DNA of 64,000 nucleotides from Nitrospirota bacterium (GTDB lineage: Bacteria > Nitrospirota > UBA9217). Below the pieces are notes generated by a model. The model was given only the letters and a program-made list of their open reading frames with translations. It did not search any database and was not told where the DNA came from. Of the stretch, positions 30,195-39,805 are shown piece after piece (positions within the stretch are counted from its first letter, which is position 1; the number at the start of each line of letters is the position of its first letter). The position numbers were made by a program, and so were the translations under genes. The stretch lies in assembly GCA_963749655.1 (NCBI GenBank), contig CAVVOB010000014.1, positions 64,001 through 128,000 of the forward strand, read 5' to 3'.

Positions 30195-31205
30195 ATGGTA
30201 TATACGCCGAAATATAAAATTACGTCCCGTCTGGCAGGCCTGCTTGAGAAGATCGCCGAGCTGCGGACGAAGGTCGAATTATCACCAATTTCCGTCCAGT
30301 GGATGCCGCGTTTGGAAAGAGACGCATTCGCCCGCCTTGCCCATACCTCGACTGCCATTGAAGGCAATCCCTTAACGCTCAAGGATGTGGAGATCCTGTC
30401 ACAGGGAGTAGACCTCCCGATGGTTCAGCGCCGGTTCAAAAACGAGGTGCTTAACTATCTTGCCGCGCTCCGGCATATCACCGATCATTCCGGAAAGCGG
30501 ACTATTGCCGTGAAGGACGTTCTCCGGCTGCACAGCATAGTAGGCAAGGATGCGCTCGAACGGGAGCCGATCGGGGCATTCCGGGACTATCAGGTGGTAA
30601 TCCGACAGCATAAACCGCCGAGATATCAGGATGTAATGCGTCTGGTCACTGAGCTTATGGACTGGCTTAATTCCGAGGCGCGGGATCTACCCGCCGTCAT
30701 ATCCTCGGCCATCCTGCACTACCAGTTCGAGCATATTCACCCCTTCGGCGACGGAAACGGCAGGGTGGGCCGGCTTCTATCCACATGGGAGCTATACCGC
30801 AGGAAGATCGACACCTATCACATCTTTTCCATTGACGAGGTCTATTGGGAAAAACGCGAGAAATATTTCTCCGCGATTCGTTCTGTCCAGGAGACGGGAG
30901 GAGATTTAACCGGATGGATCGAGTTTGTCGCAGATGCTGTCGTAGTTTCACTGGAAAAGGCATGGAAAAGAATAGAGGTGATCCGGGGCGACACCGCGGC
31001 GGACGCGGAAGAGCTGATTTTGACGCCGAAACAGGAGAGACTCCTGACTCTCCTTCGTCACGCGCCGCTCGGGATCAACGATATTATGAAGGAGCTTCGC
31101 GTTAAAACGCGGGCTGGGGCACACTATATAATTAAACCGCTTATTGAACATAAACTAGTGGCAAGAAAGGGAGGCCATAAAACAGGCAGATACATTATCG
31201 CATAG
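30195..31205 (+). CDS. Fic-family protein (class II, autoinhibited) with C-terminal wHTH
   Basis: HPFGDGNGRVGR; inhibitory STAIEGN. Confidence 0.93.
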   Translation: MVYTPKYKITSRLAGLLEKIAELRTKVELSPISVQWMPRLERDAFARLAHTSTAIEGNPLTLKDVEILSQGVDLPMVQRRFKNEVLNYLAALRHITDHSGKRTIAVKDVLRLHSIVGKDALEREPIGAFRDYQVVIRQHKPPRYQDVMRLVTELMDWLNSEARDLPAVISSAILHYQFEHIHPFGDGNGRVGRLLSTWELYRRKIDTYHIFSIDEVYWEKREKYFSAIRSVQETGGDLTGWIEFVADAVVVSLEKAWKRIEVIRGDTAADAEELILTPKQERLLTLLRHAPLGINDIMKELRVKTRAGAHYIIKPLIEHKLVARKGGHKTGRYIIA

Positions 31206-31459
31206 ATACTGTGAGGAAATTCTGCGTCTCGCCGTCACTGCTTTTTCACTCATTCGTCCAAATCTGAAACTACTTCCTGTAGTCAACGATTTCGTTCCCC
31301 TCAAGAATATTGCATTGTTCACTCCGTAACTGATAACCGCCTCTGTCGCTCCATCTCCTGTTGCCCTCTCCTTTTCAATTCAGGCCGACTATACTGTGAA
31401 ATATATGAGCTTCTCCCTTTCTTGAAACCCCAGAGGCAGTTCCGTAAAGGAGGATCATT

Positions 31460-32298
31460 ATGAATATGACAGAAGCTATCCATGTTTTTAAGCAGCAGCA
31501 TTTAATCGCGCTAAAAAACCGCACGGGAATAAGTTATGCATCCATCTTGGAACGTCTCCAGAAAGATTTTGCTGATCGTCCTGTTGAATCAATAAAGCCG
31601 GATGATATCGTCCACTTCCTTGATTTGTTCACTTCCGGACGGCCAAGAGCACACGCCGATTAAGGTATGCTCAGACCAAGGCATTCTTTAATTTCATTAT
31701 TAATGAATGCGAAGTGGACCTGAAGAATCCCTCGCCTACCCTTTGATCGCTAAACAGTTCAAGAATCCCAAACAAGCAGCACGAAAGATCCTGGACAAGG
31801 AGGTCGTTGATGAAATAATCTATAGCGCAAGATCACCGAGGGACAGGCTGATCCTGGAACTTCAGGCATGATGCGGTCTCAGAATAGGCGAGGTGTTGAA
31901 GTTAAAAGCATCAGACGTTTCGGACAGAAAACTTACGATCCAGGAGCCTAAATCCGGAAAGGAGAGCGAGCTTACTTTTATGCCGGAGCAAATCGCAAAA
32001 CGCTTATCCGAGTATATTACCGCGACCAGCATTGGGCCAGAGGAGAGGCTATTTCCGATTTGCTATTCAACTGTACGAGCGTTAATAAAAAAAACTTTCG
32101 GACAAATTCCGAATAAACATTTCCCCTCACGACTTCAGGCGCCATTCAGCAACATATGCCAGCCGCAATGGGTGCCATTGGAAATCGTCTCGAAAGTACT
32201 TTTGAGACATAACGATCTAAAAACAACCCAAGTTTATTCTGGGCAAGATCACTGATTCTGAAGCAATCCGCTGGCTTGATATATTGCACGGGAAATAG
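31460..32298 (+). pseudogene. Degenerate tyrosine recombinase/integrase
   Basis: RDRLILELQA*CGLRIGEV (in-frame TGA near 31869), PHDFRRH, LRH..LKTTQVY spread over several frames. Confidence 0.85.
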
Positions 32299-32439
32299 AT
32301 TGATGGAGGACAGAACAACGCCTCTGGGTTTATTATGCCTTTTTATCATCGTTAAGAATATTTCGCACTCTCGTATTAGATTCGCAATAGCAAATATTGT
32401 GCAAAATAGTGTGATTTTTTTCTTTAAAGTATGATTTTA

Positions 32440-32495
32440 TACCCCAAAAATACCCCGCCTAGGCCATTGACAGGAATTCCATATTACTATATTAA
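32440..32495 (+). promoter_or_regulatory. Promoter with TACCC-type motif (giant surface protein operon)
   Basis: TACCCCAAAAATACCC, 11 bp, TTGACA, then an AT-rich -10 region. Confidence 0.65.
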
Positions 32496-32667
32496 TGCTT
32501 CATCGTAACGCGACATGTCTGAACTGACCCCCTCCGTTTGGACAGTCGTATGCCCTAATCTCTCTGAGTCCAATTATCCTAGAAAAAAAGAAACAATACG
32601 TGTGGACTTTTTAGGGAGCTGTATTTACGGCGGGTCAATATTATGGCTGCGCCTCAGGAGGATGAAA

Positions 32668-35600
32668 ATGAGTTTACGTCTATTTTCAGTCACGCGTATT
32701 TTTCTTTTTTCCGTCTTTATAACCGCGGCAGCTGCCTCGCCGGCGCTCTCTTTTGATACGGTCAAAGTAGTGCAAGCAGACGGATTCTTCACATTCCTGA
32801 ATGCCAGGCAAATCGTCCGGACATCCTCAGGAAGAATCTACTATTTCACTGGAAGCGGAGCTGGAACGGGTCGCAGCGGATGGATTATGGTGAATACCTC
32901 GGTTGATGGCCAGACGTGGAATCTGCTTGAAAATCATTCATCATGGTATGAGCCTTCCGGCGTCGGTGTCGGCGTGGACAGTCGAAATATCATACATATG
33001 ATAGCGTTTGACGGAACCAAAATACCTTATTACCAGAAATACAACACATTGGACAGCCCCAAGGGCGACGGTTCCTGGGAACCGGTTGAACCACTGGAGA
33101 GTACTGCTGCTCTCTACGGCGCCTGGCAATGCGCTCTCGCATTGGATGCGAACGATGTCCCGCATGTCGTATATCAGTTGTCTGAAAGATACAAGGGAGA
33201 GTATAGAGGGGTCGTCTATTATGCAAACAAGGTCGGCGGAACATGGCATAAGACTGCGATTTGGCCGAAAGAGATTGGCAGCTTTGTGGACAGCGCCACC
33301 ATCGCCGTGGGGCCGGACAATATTCCTTATGTTCTCATGGGTACAAAGATCCTGAAAGGAAACGCGAACGACCCGACCGTTTTCGAATCTCAAGATCTCG
33401 GAGGCGGCAATTCTTTCGTGATCCACCAGAACGGAGATGTCAGAGTGGCATTGACGTTGAATGGTAACTATGCCAATTATCTTCACGACAACACGCAGGC
33501 GTGGACTTCAGGGTGGACAATGTCCGATTCCGGATCCCCGGACGCAGGCGGGCCGCTGATTCTGGTTGACGACGTTCCCTATGAAATAGAACTTCTCAGC
33601 GACGGCATCTGGCTGCGGAAGGAATTCGAAGCTCCTTTTCTTTTTTCAGCGAGAACAGGATATTCTAACTGGTGGAGCGTGACCACGAGATGGAGCTTCT
33701 ATAATCACTATGACCCCGGAATGATTGATATCGGAACTCTTGGTCAGGACTCCTATAACTTGGGTTATTTCTATTTGTATGCGAACAATGTCCAGGTTAC
33801 GCCTCCCGATCCCCCTCCGGTGCCGACGGTGATTGATTTCAGCGGAGCCCCCTTGAAGTGGGTTACACCGGTCTATGCTGTATTCGCGGATAAGTCGACT
33901 TTTCCGGCCGGCAGAACCGCTGTCTCTTGGGCATGGGACTTTGAAAACGATGGGACTGTGGATTCCACAGTGCAGAATCCCACGCACGTCTATACGACAC
34001 CCGGAACCTATTCCGTCAAGCTGACGGTAACCGATTCGAGTGGAGAGGTGAACTCGAAGGTGAAGGCCGACTATATCGTGGTCGAGACAGATACAGACGG
34101 TGACCGCTACGGCGATTCGCAGGACAATTGCCCGACCGTTTACAATCCCGATCAGTCTGACATGGACAACGACGGTATCGGCGACGCCTGCGATCAAAAC
34201 CAGGACCTCGTGAAACAAGCGGTTTACCGCACCGGGCTCAAGAAGGAGACTGCGAGCGAGGGTGCCGGAACCGACGTTGCCGCGATCATGATAGACGGGC
34301 TGTACACTGTCGCGAAGCGAATTCAGAAATCCACGGCAGGATACGACATACTGAGCTTCCGGTCCGATCTGGAGTCATCTCGTCTTGCCCAGTGCAAGAT
34401 AAAGCTTTATGTAAACGCCCTCTACAACAATGCTCCCCAGACGGTCCATGTTTATGCATACGCATCTGATGGTCTCGCGGTCCAGACGGGCACGGTGCTT
34501 AATTTCACTCTTTCCCCGGGCTGGAATACCCTAGATTTGAAGTCCCTTCTGGCGTCTATGGATGGTTTCGGCTTCATGAAATTCCGCGTTGCAGCGCCGG
34601 CGAACTGGATCGATATTTCGGAAGGGTCGATAGCGGCCGCGTATAGAGACACATGGGAAATGTCCGTTTCGCCCACGAGCATTGACTTCGGGAGCATCGA
34701 AACTGTCGGCTCCCAGGCGCGCAGGGTCATCGTGAAAAACGTCGGTACGGGGGACCTCATCGTCGGATCCTTTCCATCGCTGGCGGCGCCTTTTTACCTC
34801 AAGTCTGATGAGTGTTCGGGCATGACGCTCGGATCGGGTTTATCGTGCAAGGTATTCGTCAAGTTCGCGCCCACATCGAACGGAACGTACACGGCTTCCT
34901 TGACCGTTACTTCGAATGATGCCGATCATCCGGAGATCGGGATTTCGCTGACAGGGACGGCGGTCAGCGGATCCGGCATTACGGGCACGGTCGCGGACGC
35001 ATCCACAGGCCTCCCCCTGTCCCAGGCCGATATCACTTTCACGATGAAAAGACCGGGAAGTTCGAATCCGGATGACTACTATTACATGTATGGTAACGCG
35101 GTGTCCGCCATTGATCCGGACACTGATCTGGGGTTGTCTTTCACCGCAACGGAGGCCGGCGCTGTTCAGAAAAATGATGAGAGCAAGGTCGTCATCGATG
35201 GCTCGTTGCTGCTTAAATTCAGAAATCCCTACAACGTCTCCGACCGGGTGAAGTTGACCTGGAACGGACTGGGGGGATATCATGCCAGCGAGGTAACGGG
35301 CCAGAGCTTTGTGTCGGGCATGACGGGAACGCTCACCAAGGTAAGTATTCCTCTCCTACGTAATTTCAGCGTCGACTCCCTGACCGGTACGGTCGTCCTC
35401 TATCTCAAGTCCGCCCTAGGCGCGGAGCAGTCCGCGATCCTCGCGGCAAGCGACCCCGTCGATGTCAACGAACTGTCTGACAGCGTTCCCGCGTGGTTCG
35501 ACTTCACGTTCTCAACACCCGCACGCGTTACGAGCGGACAACCTTATTACCTGGAGTTGTACGATACAGGCAGGTACTGGGGAACGGGCAGCGCTTTTGA

Positions 35601-38600
35601 TTACGCCAAAGTCTCCTGGCCCTATGCCTATCCCAGTCCCTACCGGAACGGGCGGGGCTACATTCGAACGGACGGACTGTGGAACACGACCTACGGGTCC
35701 ATGACCGATTGGTCCTTTGCCTTCAAAACGTATGTCGATTTCCAGCTCGATCAGGATCAAGCATCGTTCTGCTGCCAGGATATGTACGTCCAGGGGGTGG
35801 AAGGGCAGGAGTATGTACTGGCAAGATTCAACCGGCCTGCGGCAGGATGGGAATGGGCTGCATGGACCAATTCGGCAAACGGTTATGATGATACGACCTT
35901 GGAAACAACGTTGAGCGGGAACATGGGGAACTATTATAACGTAGACGGGTGGATCTCTGCGCGTGTGTACAACTACCAACCTTACATCTCAGGATCGATA
36001 TATACACCGTATCTTGCAACTGATCAATTCAGCGTCGAATTCGAAGGAGACAGGACGGTCCGCACAGACGGCGCAGGAGCTTTTTCCCTGTCATCCCTGC
36101 CGAGCGGGACCTACTCGGCCGTCGTGTCTGCACCAGGCTACGCTCCGCAGACGGTAAGCGGCACCCTGGTCCCGGGCCAGACCCAGGTCCTGAGCGTGAG
36201 GCTCACTCCCAATCCGCAGCTCCTGCTCGAGATCACCTCTCCGGCCAACGGAGCCATGCTAAGCGGGACCTTCGTCCAGGTGACGGGCAGGGTGACCAAT
36301 GACGCGTCCGTTACCGTGAATGGCACAGCGGCTTCCGTGTCGAATGGATCATTTGCGGTGGTTATCTATCCCGTCGACGGACAGAATACGATCACGGTCA
36401 ATGCCCTGGATCAGTACGGCCAGACGGCAACGCAGACCCTGACCATAACGTGCAGCACCACGTCGAGGATGCTCCTGAACTACACGCTGCTCGATTTCGG
36501 CAAGATAACGAGCGGAACCACGAGCACTCGCGACATAACGGTAGAGAACAACAGTACAACCGCACTCTCCCTCGGCACGGTATCCCGGCCGGCTGATCCT
36601 TTCTGGGTCATCGCAGACACCTGCTCCGGTAAGCTCATTTCTCCGGCCGCAACCTGTACAATCAGCGTTGAGTTTGCCCCCACTTCGGATGGAACCTGGT
36701 ACGGGACCCTCACCATTCCGTCAAACGACAGCAACCAGCTTCCCGTGAGCGTAGCTCTGCAGGGGGAAGGGGCGGCTTTTAGCGGCTACTATCTGCCTGA
36801 CACGGGCGAACAGAACAATTACCACACCATGAATCCCATGGCCTTTGTCACGACTGCGGTCTCGGCATCTGACAGGAACACGGGGCTCACGTGGCAGCGG
36901 CAGGACGATGCTTCACTCAGGATCTGGACCGAGGCCCAGGGCTACTGCGACAACATGGTCCTGGATGGCTTCGACGACTGGAGGCTTCCTACTGCCCTTG
37001 AACTGACCACGATCGTTGATTACGGAAAGACGGGAACAGTCATCGATGGACAGGTCTTTCCGAATGCTCATGCTGCGGACTATTGGACCGTCATTTCCCA
37101 GACCGATACTGCCTGGGCAGTGAACTTCAGCCTGGGCACCGGGTCCGCGATCTCGTCGTCATCCAAAGCCTATACCCGCTGTGTCCGCGGCACGCGGCTG
37201 TCCCAAGGGTACTTCGAGAACTATGGCAACGGCATAAGGCAAGACAGTTATTCCGGGCTCATGTGGCTCGAGACCTACTTGACCGCGGGAGACAATTCGA
37301 TTTCAACGGCACTGAGCACCTGCGACGCCGTCACCTACGGCGAATATTCGGACTGGCGTCTTCCGAATATCAAGGAACTCATCTCCAACACCTATACGGC
37401 CTGCTATCTCAACGATTGTGCCAACTGGTCCTCAACGACGGTGCAGGCGGATACCAACAAGGGCTATACGTATAACGGCTTTGCAGGGACGGACAACAAA
37501 AGCGCTTCGCATGTTTTCCGGTGCGTGCGCGGAGGGAACGTTCGGCCCGCGGATGAACAGGCCCTTGCCCTCACCCCCGCGGTTGCCGACTTCGGGTCTA
37601 TTGAGACCGGTTCGGCTGGGTCAGTAAGTGTTACCCTGACGAACAAGGGAACAGCCTCGCTCGTCATCGGTTCGCTTTCTGCGCCAGTATCACCATTCAC
37701 GATGATGTCCGACGGATGCTCAGGTCGCATGCTCGCTGCGAACGGATTCTGTTCGTTCACGCTGGGCTTTGCTCCCACTGTAGCCGGCGTCGTTTCAGCG
37801 ACTGTTACCGTACCGTCAAACGACACAGACAATCCGTCAGAGGCCTATTCTTTGATCGGTACCGGCACTTCGCCCAATGCCGTTCTCCAGGGCACGATCA
37901 CAGACGCCCGAACGGGGGCTGCCGTGGACTCTGCGCTCCTTTCCCTGACCGACGGACATTCGACGGTCCATTCTGCAACAACATTATCAAATGGAACTTT
38001 CTCCCTGGGGAGCATTGCCGCAGGAGCATATACCGGCAGCGTATCAAAAGATGGATATGCCCAGTACACCTTCTCGGGAATTATGGCTTCCGGCCAGACA
38101 GTCGTGATGAACATGCTGTTAACGCCGCTCCCGCCGGTCATAAGCAGCGTCGTTGCGAGCAACCCGACTACTACTTCCGTTGTCATCACCTGGACCACGG
38201 ACAAGGCTGCGAACAGCACTGTGGATTACGGCACAACGACTGAATACGGAAGTACGGTGACTGATACGGCTTACGTCACGAGCCACAGTGTTGCAATATC
38301 CGGCCTGACACCGTCAACAGCCTACCACTTCAGGGTCACCTCAACCGAGCTGAGCGGCCTCACAACCACGTCGACGGACAACACCTTCTCGACCTTGAAC
38401 CCGATTTCTATTACAATACAAACACCCCAGAACAATGGCACAATATCCCGGCCCGATGTCATGGTGACGGGAACCATAACGAACAGCACCGGAAATGAGA
38501 CTGGGATCACGGTGAACGGCATGGTAGCGACAATGGAAGGAAATCAATTCATCATAAACCACGTGCCATTGACCGAGGGCGCGAATACCATATCCGTCAC

Positions 38601-39231
38601 GGCAACGGACACAGCCAGATACACAACAACTTCGTCGATTACCGTTAATGCGATCACGAGTGGGAAGTATATCACCTTGATCCCGAACATCGCCTCGGGA
38701 ACGTCGCCGCTCGATGTAACGTTCAGGATCGACGGGTCATTCACGATAACGAATTCGAATCTCTCCCTGACCGGACCCGGGCCGGTTGAGTATCTGCCGG
38801 GTGACGCAGTAGACATTTATACTGTCAAGATGACGACGGAGGGAACGTATTATTTCACTGCAGAGGTGACCGATGACAAGAATAACGTATACACAGATGC
38901 CGTTGTCATAGTCGTTCAAAACAAGGCAGCGCTGGATGCGTTGCTGCAAGCGAAATGGAACGGGATGAAGACGGCGCTGGAAGGTAGTGGCATAGAAACC
39001 GCTTCCAATTTTTTTACAGAAGGTTCAAAAGAGATCTTTAAACAAAATTTCACAGCACTCGCTCAATATCTGCCCCAGATAGTTTCAGGTATGGGAAATT
39101 TCCAGCTTGTCAAAGTAACTGAGCGTGTTGCAGAGTGTGACATGAGGTCAGTCAAAAACGGAGTGACGTATTCGTTCCAAGTGATATTTATTCAGGAACC
39201 CAACGGGAAATGGGGGATACGAAGTTTCTAA
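32668..39231 (+). CDS. Giant secreted multidomain surface protein (propeller-like N-terminus, PKD, TSP3, choice-of-anchor-D/ASH Ig repeats, carboxypeptidase-regulatory-like, 2x DUF1566/Lcl, FN3, C-terminal alpha/beta domain)
   Basis: RBS AGGAGG; WAWDFENDG..QNPTHVY; DNCPTVYNPDQSDMDNDGIGDACD; DFG..V.N.G..L; TGLTWQ..DDWRLPT x2; SHSVAISGLTPSTAYHFRV. Confidence 0.9.
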   Translation: MSLRLFSVTRIFLFSVFITAAAASPALSFDTVKVVQADGFFTFLNARQIVRTSSGRIYYFTGSGAGTGRSGWIMVNTSVDGQTWNLLENHSSWYEPSGVGVGVDSRNIIHMIAFDGTKIPYYQKYNTLDSPKGDGSWEPVEPLESTAALYGAWQCALALDANDVPHVVYQLSERYKGEYRGVVYYANKVGGTWHKTAIWPKEIGSFVDSATIAVGPDNIPYVLMGTKILKGNANDPTVFESQDLGGGNSFVIHQNGDVRVALTLNGNYANYLHDNTQAWTSGWTMSDSGSPDAGGPLILVDDVPYEIELLSDGIWLRKEFEAPFLFSARTGYSNWWSVTTRWSFYNHYDPGMIDIGTLGQDSYNLGYFYLYANNVQVTPPDPPPVPTVIDFSGAPLKWVTPVYAVFADKSTFPAGRTAVSWAWDFENDGTVDSTVQNPTHVYTTPGTYSVKLTVTDSSGEVNSKVKADYIVVETDTDGDRYGDSQDNCPTVYNPDQSDMDNDGIGDACDQNQDLVKQAVYRTGLKKETASEGAGTDVAAIMIDGLYTVAKRIQKSTAGYDILSFRSDLESSRLAQCKIKLYVNALYNNAPQTVHVYAYASDGLAVQTGTVLNFTLSPGWNTLDLKSLLASMDGFGFMKFRVAAPANWIDISEGSIAAAYRDTWEMSVSPTSIDFGSIETVGSQARRVIVKNVGTGDLIVGSFPSLAAPFYLKSDECSGMTLGSGLSCKVFVKFAPTSNGTYTASLTVTSNDADHPEIGISLTGTAVSGSGITGTVADASTGLPLSQADITFTMKRPGSSNPDDYYYMYGNAVSAIDPDTDLGLSFTATEAGAVQKNDESKVVIDGSLLLKFRNPYNVSDRVKLTWNGLGGYHASEVTGQSFVSGMTGTLTKVSIPLLRNFSVDSLTGTVVLYLKSALGAEQSAILAASDPVDVNELSDSVPAWFDFTFSTPARVTSGQPYYLELYDTGRYWGTGSAFDYAKVSWPYAYPSPYRNGRGYIRTDGLWNTTYGSMTDWSFAFKTYVDFQLDQDQASFCCQDMYVQGVEGQEYVLARFNRPAAGWEWAAWTNSANGYDDTTLETTLSGNMGNYYNVDGWISARVYNYQPYISGSIYTPYLATDQFSVEFEGDRTVRTDGAGAFSLSSLPSGTYSAVVSAPGYAPQTVSGTLVPGQTQVLSVRLTPNPQLLLEITSPANGAMLSGTFVQVTGRVTNDASVTVNGTAASVSNGSFAVVIYPVDGQNTITVNALDQYGQTATQTLTITCSTTSRMLLNYTLLDFGKITSGTTSTRDITVENNSTTALSLGTVSRPADPFWVIADTCSGKLISPAATCTISVEFAPTSDGTWYGTLTIPSNDSNQLPVSVALQGEGAAFSGYYLPDTGEQNNYHTMNPMAFVTTAVSASDRNTGLTWQRQDDASLRIWTEAQGYCDNMVLDGFDDWRLPTALELTTIVDYGKTGTVIDGQVFPNAHAADYWTVISQTDTAWAVNFSLGTGSAISSSSKAYTRCVRGTRLSQGYFENYGNGIRQDSYSGLMWLETYLTAGDNSISTALSTCDAVTYGEYSDWRLPNIKELISNTYTACYLNDCANWSSTTVQADTNKGYTYNGFAGTDNKSASHVFRCVRGGNVRPADEQALALTPAVADFGSIETGSAGSVSVTLTNKGTASLVIGSLSAPVSPFTMMSDGCSGRMLAANGFCSFTLGFAPTVAGVVSATVTVPSNDTDNPSEAYSLIGTGTSPNAVLQGTITDARTGAAVDSALLSLTDGHSTVHSATTLSNGTFSLGSIAAGAYTGSVSKDGYAQYTFSGIMASGQTVVMNMLLTPLPPVISSVVASNPTTTSVVITWTTDKAANSTVDYGTTTEYGSTVTDTAYVTSHSVAISGLTPSTAYHFRVTSTELSGLTTTSTDNTFSTLNPISITIQTPQNNGTISRPDVMVTGTITNSTGNETGITVNGMVATMEGNQFIINHVPLTEGANTISVTATDTARYTTTSSITVNAITSGKYITLIPNIASGTSPLDVTFRIDGSFTITNSNLSLTGPGPVEYLPGDAVDIYTVKMTTEGTYYFTAEVTDDKNNVYTDAVVIVVQNKAALDALLQAKWNGMKTALEGSGIETASNFFTEGSKEIFKQNFTALAQYLPQIVSGMGNFQLVKVTERVAECDMRSVKNGVTYSFQVIFIQEPNGKWGIRSF

Positions 39232-39268
39232 TCGGGCGCGGAACGTCCAACATTTGGGAGAGTAATAT

Positions 39269-39805
39269 ATGACTAAATATCGAATGTTTACTGTTTTATT
39301 TTTACTTCTATTATTGTCCGGCTGCTATCTACCCATAACAGGCCGGGTAATCGACGAGGAAACCCAGCAGCCCATCGAAGGGGCTGTCGTGCTTGTGGAA
39401 TGGACCAAAACGCACGGCTTTGGAGAATACTGGACCGAGTCGTACAAGGTCGTCGAGACGTTATCCGACAACAACGGAAATATTAAGATTGCTGGTTGCA
39501 ACAGCCCTTTTGTTAATCCACCTGATGTCACGGTTTATAAGGCGGGCTATGTTGCTTGGAATAACAAGCGCATTTTCCCAACATATGATAAAAGAACCGA
39601 CTTTGAGTGGCGAAACGGTTCGGTGTTCAAACTGGAAAAATTTTTGCATAGCTACAGCTATCTTGAGCATAGGTTATTTATTGCACCGCTTCTCTCAAAT
39701 TCCGATAAAAAACCTTTATTTGAAAACCTGTATTATGAGGGTGAAGGTTCGCAGGTTTTGAAGGAGCAAAGGGTGAAAGATAAAGCTCAAGGGGGACCCA
39801 GATAA
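39269..39805 (+). CDS. Lipoprotein with carboxypeptidase-regulatory-like domain
   Basis: Lipobox LSGC, GRVIDEETQQPIEGAVV..W, YKAGY. Confidence 0.85.
   Translation: MTKYRMFTVLFLLLLLSGCYLPITGRVIDEETQQPIEGAVVLVEWTKTHGFGEYWTESYKVVETLSDNNGNIKIAGCNSPFVNPPDVTVYKAGYVAWNNKRIFPTYDKRTDFEWRNGSVFKLEKFLHSYSYLEHRLFIAPLLSNSDKKPLFENLYYEGEGSQVLKEQRVKDKAQGGPR

Noticed and set aside
36790-37535. DUF1566/Lcl domains as diversity-generating retroelement targets
   Set aside because: No reverse transcriptase and no adenine-variant template repeat seen in the window; the domains are internal
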